A DNA stretch of 64,000 nucleotides from Thermoplasmata archaeon (lineage in GTDB: Archaea; Thermoplasmatota; E2; JACPAO01; JAHFTW01): NCBI GenBank assembly GCA_034667725.1, contig JAXDQS010000010.1, forward strand, positions 192,001 to 256,000. Direction: 5' to 3'. A program made the translations under genes and the position numbers. Below, piece by piece: positions 57,005 to 64,000 of this stretch (the first letter of the stretch is position 1; each line of letters starts with the position of its first letter). The notes under the pieces were generated by a model. That model was not told where the DNA came from. It saw only the letters and a list, made by a program, of their open reading frames with translations, and searched no databases.

Positions 57005-58939
57005 ATGCGCCCCCTCCTCTTGGTGGCCACCGCCCTGCTGATGTTCGCGTTCGTGGCCAGCGCCCCGCACGCGGACGCCCAAGGCGCTTCCACACTTACC
57101 GTCACCATCTGCGCCCAGCCGACCTATTCCGAGTCCAAGGACACGGCCCTGTGCGAGGGCCGCGGCTTGGCGGGCGCCACCGTCCGCGTCACCCGCAACG
57201 GCCCGCTCGGCAACAACGTCGGCGCCGTCGACCGCAGCGCGACCACCGACGCCAACGGTGTCGCCGCCTTCGACGCCTTGGCGGACGGCACCTACAACCT
57301 CCAGGCGACCCGCGCCGGCTTCGCCGCGCGCACGGCCACCGTCGAGGTCGCGGGCGCCACCAAGGCGGCCTACACCCTCGCCGGCGTCCCGGTCGAGTTC
57401 CAAGGCATCGTCAAGGACGCCGCCGGCAAGCCGGTGGCCGAGGCCATCGTCACGGTGTGCTGCTCGCGCGACTCCTCGTACCAGCCGCCCGTCGCCACCG
57501 GCGAGGACGGCCTGTTCCGGGTCGCGACCACGGGCGGCTACCAGTCGGTCGGCGCCTACGACGCCCCAGGCTTCGTGCCTTACAACGCCGAGGTGCTGGT
57601 GGACGGCAGCCGCCAGGACATCACCCTGGAGCGGGTCCCCGCCCAGGACGCCGAACTCCACGGCGTCGTGCGCGACCAGGACGGCAAGCCCGTCGCCGGC
57701 CTGCGCATCGACGCCAACCCCTCGTGCTGCCACACCGAGCCGATGCCGGCCGACGAGCCGGGCGCGCCCGCGTCGTCGGTGCCCCCCAGCCCCGGCTACG
57801 CCTACTACGGCAACCACACCACGACCGCCAGCGACGGCTCCTACGCGATCCACGTCTACGGCGGCGCCACCGTCGGCCTGCGCGTCGGCTCCGAGGACTT
57901 CGCCCCGCTCTACAAGGACGTCCAGGTCGGCAAGGGCGCCTCCGTGCGCGCGGACCTCGACGTCAAGCGCTACCCGCCCCGCGACGCCCGCATCGAGGGC
58001 CGCGTCACCGACGGCGACGGCCACGGCATCGGCTCGGTCGCGATCACGGTCAACAACCCCGAGTTCGGCCGCACCGAGCAAGGCGGCCAATGGTGCGCCG
58101 CCGCCCCCGTGCCGATGATGGCAGAGGGCGACGCCATCGCCAAGCCCGCCATCTGGGCCGGCCCGGAGTGCTCCCTCAGCGTGCAGGCCGACGGCAGCTT
58201 CTCCGGCCTCGTGACCCCCGGCTACAGCATCGTCACCGTGTACTACGTCTGCATGGAGGGCGACTGCGCCGACGGCTACTACCCGTCCGTCCGCACCCTG
58301 GTGCTGCGCTCCGGCACCCAGCGCCTCGACGTCGCCCTCGTGCCCCGCCCCGGCCCCGACGCCACCCTGTCCGGCTACCTCGTGGACGCCGACCAGCGCG
58401 AAGGCATCGCCGGCCCCGACGCCCGCATCGACCTCTACAACCTCGACAACGGCGCCTGGGGCAGCGCGGTCGCCGACGCGCAAGGCTCCTACAAGATCCG
58501 GCTCCGCAGCGGCCTCCACCAGGTCACCGCCTACGCCGACGGCCACCTCCACTGGGAAGGCATCGTCAGGGTCGAGCCCGGCGACAACGCGCTCGACATC
58601 CTCATGACGGCCGGCCAGGACACCGGCTACGGCGGCTGCTGCTACCTCGCGCAGGACAGCAAGGGCATGGCCACCACCGCCACCGCCTCCCCGGCCCCGA
58701 TGACGCCGGGCGACGACGGCGGCAGCCGCGTCGCCGAGCAGGAGCTGCGCCAGAACCTCGCCGCCAACACGCCCGCCTTCGAGGACCTCAACGGCGGCCT
58801 CGGCCCGTACGACCCGGACGAGCGCCCCGCCCCGAACAACGGCACCGGCACCCGCGCCAGCCCGGCGCTGGGCCTGCTGACGGTGCTGGGCGTCGCGGCC
58901 GCGATGGTCGTGGCGCGGCGCAAGGGCCGCGAATCCTAG
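57005..58939 (+). CDS. Surface protein with carboxypeptidase-regulatory-like (CnaB-like) repeats and a PGF-CTERM-like tail
   Basis: Signal peptide, repeated G.V.D..G.PV.GA/T...G.Y units and C-terminal SPALGLLTVLGVAAAMVVARRK. Confidence 0.88.
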   Translation: MRPLLLVATALLMFAFVASAPHADAQGASTLTVTICAQPTYSESKDTALCEGRGLAGATVRVTRNGPLGNNVGAVDRSATTDANGVAAFDALADGTYNLQATRAGFAARTATVEVAGATKAAYTLAGVPVEFQGIVKDAAGKPVAEAIVTVCCSRDSSYQPPVATGEDGLFRVATTGGYQSVGAYDAPGFVPYNAEVLVDGSRQDITLERVPAQDAELHGVVRDQDGKPVAGLRIDANPSCCHTEPMPADEPGAPASSVPPSPGYAYYGNHTTTASDGSYAIHVYGGATVGLRVGSEDFAPLYKDVQVGKGASVRADLDVKRYPPRDARIEGRVTDGDGHGIGSVAITVNNPEFGRTEQGGQWCAAAPVPMMAEGDAIAKPAIWAGPECSLSVQADGSFSGLVTPGYSIVTVYYVCMEGDCADGYYPSVRTLVLRSGTQRLDVALVPRPGPDATLSGYLVDADQREGIAGPDARIDLYNLDNGAWGSAVADAQGSYKIRLRSGLHQVTAYADGHLHWEGIVRVEPGDNALDILMTAGQDTGYGGCCYLAQDSKGMATTATASPAPMTPGDDGGSRVAEQELRQNLAANTPAFEDLNGGLGPYDPDERPAPNNGTGTRASPALGLLTVLGVAAAMVVARRKGRES

Positions 58940-59685
58940 CGAAGCGAGGACGCGGCCTTCGCCAGCTCCACGAGCCCCGCCGCCGTGCGCGTGCCGAACC
59001 AGGTGAGCGCCTCGCCGTCCACCACCCGCACCCGCCCGGGCGCGCCGCACGGCCCGAGGCCGGCGGTGTCGACCGGCTTGCGGTGGAACGGGAACGGCTC
59101 CGTGGGCAGCAGCGTCCACGCCGCCCCGGCGGCGCGGACCTCGGCGTCCGTGACCTCGAAGTAGCGCGGCCCCGCGTGGTCCCCGAAGACGTTGCGCAGG
59201 CCCGCCGCCGCCAGCATCGCGCTGGGGTAGCTGGTGCCGTCGAACGTCATCCACGGATGCCAGATCGGGCAGAACACCGGCACCGGCGACGCGGGCCGGG
59301 GCAGCGCCGCGACGGCAGCGTCGAAGCCGGCCCGCCAATGCTGGGCGGCCGCCTCGGCGCCGCCGCCGACCCGCCGCGCCAGGCGCAGCACGAAGGCCGC
59401 CGCGTCGTGCGGGGTCGCGATGTCGCTCCACAGCACCTCGACGCCGTGGGCTTCCAGCGCGTCCACCAGCGCCTTGGGGTTCTCGTCCTTGTCGGCCACC
59501 ACGAGCGTGGGCCGCAGCGCGAGGATCTTGTCGAGGCTGGCGTCCTTGGTGCCGCCCACGTGCGGGACCGTCTTGGCGGCCTCCGGCGCGATGCAGAACC
59601 GGGTGCGGCCGACGACCTGGCCGCCGGCGCCGAGGTCGAACAAGGTCTCGGTGTGGCTCGGCACCAGGCTCACGATGCGCTGCAC
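58936..59685 (-). CDS. Helical-backbone metal receptor (BtuF/cobalamin-binding-like)
   Basis: RIVSLVPS.TETL..LG, GRT.FC..P, VGGTK, EN, IW.PWM, EPFPF and DGE..TW.G.R motifs. Confidence 0.88.
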   Translation of the reverse strand: MQRIVSLVPSHTETLFDLGAGGQVVGRTRFCIAPEAAKTVPHVGGTKDASLDKILALRPTLVVADKDENPKALVDALEAHGVEVLWSDIATPHDAAAFVLRLARRVGGGAEAAAQHWRAGFDAAVAALPRPASPVPVFCPIWHPWMTFDGTSYPSAMLAAAGLRNVFGDHAGPRYFEVTDAEVRAAGAAWTLLPTEPFPFHRKPVDTAGLGPCGAPGRVRVVDGEALTWFGTRTAAGLVELAKAASSLR

Positions 59686-59771
59686 GGACGGGGCAAGGCG
59701 TCGCGCGCTTGGGCCTTCCGTCGCGTCCTCCGACCACAACCGTTCTAAGGGTGGGGGAAGTGAGAACCGCG

Positions 59772-61055
59772 ATGGAGGAGGCGGCGCCCACCGAGAGCCC
59801 CTTGCCGGGCGCCGGCGCCAAGGGCAAGCCGGTGCGCGTCCACCCCTACGCGCTCGAGCTGTCCACGGCCGCCGAGCTGCGCCGCGACCCGCGCATGGTC
59901 ACCCTGTTCTGGGCCGGCCTGGGCACGGCGCTGGTGCTGCTGGGATTGGGGCTCGCCAACCGCTTCAGCCCCTGCCTGAACGGCGTCGGCCCCGAGCCCT
60001 GCGCCACCCCCGCGGCATGGACCAGCTGGGTCCAGCTTCCCCTGTTCGGCGGCCTTGCCCTGCTGGGCTTCGGCTTCGTGCAGCGCCAATGGGCCCGCCG
60101 CGTCACGCTTGCCGGCTGGCTGCTGTTCGGGTTCTACTGGGCGCTCACCGCGCAGGACCTGTTCGTGGCCGAGGGCGGCGACATCGTCAACCTCTGCTTC
60201 GCCATCGTCGGCGTCTACTTCTTCGTCTACCTGGCCTACCACCAATGGCTCTCCGAGGCGCGCGGCATCGAGAACCTCACCGTCCGGTTCCTCAACATCG
60301 CCACCTTCGTCGCCGCCGGCTCCTACTTCGTCATCGACAAGATCGAGCCGGTCCGCAAATGGCTCATCCTCACCGTCAGCCGCCACACCGAATGGATGCT
60401 GGGGCTGTTCGGGCAAGGCGCCGACGCCGGCCTCCGGGCCGTCTACAACCCCGCCGGCAGCACGAGCGACTTCCAGGCCGACCTGGCCCGCTTCTACTAC
60501 GAGGGCCACCTCAACCACTGCCCCTCGCAGCCGAGCGACTGGTTCTCCAGCCTGATGCACTGGGACCCGTTCGCCCGCCAAGCCCTCGACGCCTGCCGCG
60601 ACTTCTCGGCCCACGAGGCCGTCATCGTCCCCGTCTCGATCATCCTGGCCTGCACCGCCCTCCAGTCCATCATGCTGTTCGTCGGCCTGTTCATGGGCAC
60701 CCCGGCCCCATGGAAGCGGCGCCTGCTGGCGTCGGCCATCGTCGCCGCCGTCGTGTACGTCCTCAACCTGCTGCGGAACACCGGCATCGTGTGGTTCTAC
60801 GGCCAAGGCGAGGCCTCGTTCTGGATGATGCACGACGCCGTCGGCAAGGGCGGCAGCCTGGTCGCCATGATCCTCATCGCGTTCGCCGCCTTCGCCTGGT
60901 TCCCCGAGTTCCTCAAGGCGCTCGTCGGCGTGCTGGACCTGCCGCACCGCGACGGCCCCATCGAGCGCACGCTGCGCCTTGGCAGGCGGCGGCCCGACCA
61001 AGGCGCGCCGCCAGCGGAGCCGCCGGCCGAGACGCCGGCACCCCCCGTCCACTGA
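59772..61055 (+). CDS. artA: Archaeosortase A-type (exosortase family)
   Basis: Multi-TM protein with IILACTA.QS (catalytic Cys), NLLRN (Arg) and SF..MH...GK (His). Confidence 0.88.
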   Translation: MEEAAPTESPLPGAGAKGKPVRVHPYALELSTAAELRRDPRMVTLFWAGLGTALVLLGLGLANRFSPCLNGVGPEPCATPAAWTSWVQLPLFGGLALLGFGFVQRQWARRVTLAGWLLFGFYWALTAQDLFVAEGGDIVNLCFAIVGVYFFVYLAYHQWLSEARGIENLTVRFLNIATFVAAGSYFVIDKIEPVRKWLILTVSRHTEWMLGLFGQGADAGLRAVYNPAGSTSDFQADLARFYYEGHLNHCPSQPSDWFSSLMHWDPFARQALDACRDFSAHEAVIVPVSIILACTALQSIMLFVGLFMGTPAPWKRRLLASAIVAAVVYVLNLLRNTGIVWFYGQGEASFWMMHDAVGKGGSLVAMILIAFAAFAWFPEFLKALVGVLDLPHRDGPIERTLRLGRRRPDQGAPPAEPPAETPAPPVH

Positions 61056-61161
61056 AGGCGGGGTCGCGCCCGGCCTCCGATTTAATCATTTGCGCTCTGG
61101 GCCAGTGTTGGACATGGGCTGCAAACGGTCAAGAAGGCACGGCGGTCGCTGGGCCTTGACA

Positions 61162-64000
61162 ATGGTCGTCCACCGCTTGTCCCCGCTCGCCGCTGCCTTC
61201 ATCCTGGCAGTCTCCACCCTCGCCGCCGCGCCGGCGTCGGCCCTCATCGTCGGCCCCGTCGGCCCCATCGACCCCGACCTCATCAACGTAGACTGCGAGG
61301 ACAGTGCCGCCGTTAGGGCCGCCTGCAACGCGGTGGCCACCCTCACGGAGGACCCTGGCGAGATCACCGTCGGGTGCGGCGACGGGTACGCCGGCAACGC
61401 CTGCCGCGAAGCCTTGGACACCCTCGAGGACCCGCCCGCGGCCTGCGAGGCCGTCACGTTCGCGATCTGCGAGGCGGTGGCCCGGCTGCTGGCCGACGAC
61501 GGCGGCGACCCCGTCGGCCAGTGCCTGCACGACCTCGGCTTCGACACCGTCGTGATGCCCCAGCCCGGCACCAGCATCGTCAACCTGGACTGCTCGCAGC
61601 TTGGCGAGACCCTGGCGAGCCTCTACGTCATCCTGGACAACCTGGCGGCGCGGGGCGGCGCCACCCTGAACTCCTGCCTGGCGCTGTTGGGCGACGGCAT
61701 TGCCAACCTGGAGTCGAGCGGCCCGCCACTGGTGGATTGCGAAGGCCTCGGCGAGACCGCCCGCGACACCGTCCAGGCCGCCATGGACCTGGTGGACCGC
61801 GAAGCCGACGACGCCATGCGCACCGTCGAGGCGTGCGTCTACGGCGCGCCCCCGCCGTCCGCCGGCGCCGCGCTGTGCCGCTCCCTCTACAACACGCTCG
61901 TCCTCTACCTCGCCTTCGCCGTCCAGACCGGCCTCCAGGCGGCCAACCACCAGCTTGAGTGCCAAGGCCTCGACACCGTCTCCATCACGGCGCCCGCCCC
62001 CGAGGGCGACCCGCCCGCCACCTTCGGCCTGCCGGAGGAGTGCGTGACCGCCCACCTGCTCTTGACCGCCGTCCAGGAGGCCGTCGCCAACGTGCTGCGC
62101 ATCGCCGGCGACCTCGCGCCCTCCGTCTCGCTCTGTGTCGCCGAGGTCCCCGGCGGCCCCACCACCGTCACCCTCGACTGCCGCTACGTCGAGCGCGTCG
62201 TGCGCACCGTCGGCGACGCCGAGGCCACCGTCATGCTCGTCGTGCAGCAATACCTCGACGACTGCCAAGGCCGCGGCGCGCCCCCCGAGGGCCTGCCGAG
62301 CTGCCGCGAGCAGGTCGAGAACCTGCAGCGCATCGTGGACCGCAACTTCGCCGGCGCCTGGCGTGCCGCCCAGGAAGCCGCCGCCGACCTGCAGGCCTGC
62401 GCCGCGGCCGCCGCCGCGAGCACCTGCGCGGCCACGCAAGACTGCGCCCTGCTGCCCTGCGTCCTGCCCGGCGCCTGCGACACCGGCTGCGCCAGCAACG
62501 GCACCACCTCCTACCCGGCGCGCGCCAACGGCACCGCCACCGACGCCCGCATCGGCAACGTCTTCGAGTTCGTGGCCCCCGTCACGGGCGCCGCGGTCCC
62601 GGTCGACGTCCACGACTACGACGGGGACGGCATCCCCGACCTGCTGGACCCCGTCAACCTCCCCTCCGAGACCCTGCGCACGACCTCCGGCGCCGACAAC
62701 CTGACGCTGCTGGACGGCCTCGGCGAGCAAGGCTTCGTCCTCTTGATCGAGCCCGGCCACCGGGAGGCCCAGCTCGTGGCCGCCGACCCGCTCGGCGTGG
62801 CCCTGTCGCTGCTGCCCGTCGAGGTGCTCGACGCCGCCACCACCCTCCAGCTTTTGGGCCAGACCCACGGCGGCCACGTCGCCGACCTGCTGGCCAGCGC
62901 CCTCAACGAGAACATGACGGTGAACGTCACCTGGGTCGTCCCGCAGCTGCCCACCGTCGTCCCCCTGCATTGGGCCGGCGGCGCCATCCCCGCCGACGGC
63001 AGCTGGCTCATGGCCCGCTCCGACCCGACCCGCCGCGTCACGTTGGCGCTCTCCGGCCTTGACGTCAAGCTGGAGGCCCCCAGCGCCAGCCACGCCAGCA
63101 CCGACCCCGACCTGTCGTACCGCTGGGAGTTCCTCAACCTCTGGGGCAAGAAGGGCTTCTGCTTCGACCCCACCACCTACACCGGCGGCACCGGCCAGTG
63201 CGAAGGCAAGGCCGAGCCCGGCTGGCTGCGCGCCTACAGCGGCCGCGCCCACTACGCCCTCCAGGCCGTCGCCGAGAACCTGGAGCGCGGCCTGTCCGAC
63301 CTGGCGGCGACCCCGGCGGGCACCAACGGCACCGCCCTGGAGCCCATCCTGGCGCCGACCGAGGGCCTGCGCGGCGACGAGGTCCCCGCCGACGCCATCG
63401 ACCTGTTCGACCCCTCCTCGCTGGTGCACGCCATCGGCGACAACAGCACCTCGTTCCCGCCCGGCGTCGGCGTCGACTACCAGGTCCCGGCCCGCGAGCC
63501 GCGCTCCCTGCCGCGCCCCGCCATCCTGCAAGCCCCCGACGCCCTGCTCACGACCGACGTGGACCTGTCGGCCTACCGCCCGACGCGCACCTTCCGCTTC
63601 GACGCCCAGTTCTACGAGACCCCCGGCACGCCGCGCGACCTGCAGCTGCTGACGCTGCACATCACGCCGGCCGACGGCAACGACGCCGCCCAGACCTTCG
63701 TGCTCGACGGCCGCGCCTTCACGGAGTACCTGCGCCTGCTGCCCGGCGAGCAGCTCGCCCTCGATATCGACGCCGATCACTTGGACGGCTTCGTCCAGGT
63801 CTCCAAGGACGTCAACGCCGACGGCTGGGAGGACCTCGTCGTGCAGGTGCCCCACTTCAGCACCGTCACCATGGACGTCCACAGCGACAACTCGATCGCC
63901 TACCCCATGTGGACCATGGTCAAGATGACCAGCGCCACCGAGGGCTGGCTCACCGGCCCTTACGGCGCCATGTACAAGTACAGCGCCGGCCGCGTCTACC
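61162..64000 (+). CDS. Very large secreted Cys-rich protein (partial, open to window end, absent from ORF track)
   Basis: My translation: MVVHRLSPLAAAFILAVSTLAAAPASA signal peptide, a helical region with many Cys pairs, a beta-rich region, DxDGDG motifs and VQVPHFSTV. No in-frame stop seen. Confidence 0.85.
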   Translation, partial: MVVHRLSPLAAAFILAVSTLAAAPASALIVGPVGPIDPDLINVDCEDSAAVRAACNAVATLTEDPGEITVGCGDGYAGNACREALDTLEDPPAACEAVTFAICEAVARLLADDGGDPVGQCLHDLGFDTVVMPQPGTSIVNLDCSQLGETLASLYVILDNLAARGGATLNSCLALLGDGIANLESSGPPLVDCEGLGETARDTVQAAMDLVDREADDAMRTVEACVYGAPPPSAGAALCRSLYNTLVLYLAFAVQTGLQAANHQLECQGLDTVSITAPAPEGDPPATFGLPEECVTAHLLLTAVQEAVANVLRIAGDLAPSVSLCVAEVPGGPTTVTLDCRYVERVVRTVGDAEATVMLVVQQYLDDCQGRGAPPEGLPSCREQVENLQRIVDRNFAGAWRAAQEAAADLQACAAAAAASTCAATQDCALLPCVLPGACDTGCASNGTTSYPARANGTATDARIGNVFEFVAPVTGAAVPVDVHDYDGDGIPDLLDPVNLPSETLRTTSGADNLTLLDGLGEQGFVLLIEPGHREAQLVAADPLGVALSLLPVEVLDAATTLQLLGQTHGGHVADLLASALNENMTVNVTWVVPQLPTVVPLHWAGGAIPADGSWLMARSDPTRRVTLALSGLDVKLEAPSASHASTDPDLSYRWEFLNLWGKKGFCFDPTTYTGGTGQCEGKAEPGWLRAYSGRAHYALQAVAENLERGLSDLAATPAGTNGTALEPILAPTEGLRGDEVPADAIDLFDPSSLVHAIGDNSTSFPPGVGVDYQVPAREPRSLPRPAILQAPDALLTTDVDLSAYRPTRTFRFDAQFYETPGTPRDLQLLTLHITPADGNDAAQTFVLDGRAFTEYLRLLPGEQLALDIDADHLDGFVQVSKDVNADGWEDLVVQVPHFSTVTMDVHSDNSIAYPMWTMVKMTSATEGWLTGPYGAMYKYSAGRVY

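Overview
Very GC-rich (roughly 70%+ by eye) archaeal chromosomal segment. The gene set is DP2/PolD, Cdc6, GINS, L7Ae-S28e-L24e, L40e, NAC, Nob1, Tsr3, Pop5, Pth2, DGGGPL reductase and an archaeosortase, together with bacterial-type Fpg, UvrB and DeaD. This fits a Thermoplasmatota-like archaeon (inference). The window probably contains a replication origin, since ORB-like boxes lie upstream of cdc6. It also carries several large, modular, disulfide-rich surface proteins. The most unusual signal is non-coding. Both polC (DP2) and cdc6 are followed by a 35-37 bp second copy of their own last codons. The copies are separated by a 61-79 bp hairpin-rich spacer that ends in the same GGGGC-GNA-GCCCC mini-hairpin, and a third such hairpin follows RNase HI. 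Other notable items are a ~225 bp MITE inserted in the overlapping stop codons of two convergent genes, a family of 9-nt-periodic palindromes, head/stalk shuffling among adhesins, a degenerate thermosome paralogue, and a giant Cys-rich protein with an HFS motif running off the right end. I saw no rRNA, tRNA, CRISPR array, integrase, transposase or reverse transcriptase. All calls come from reading motifs by eye, with no database searches.
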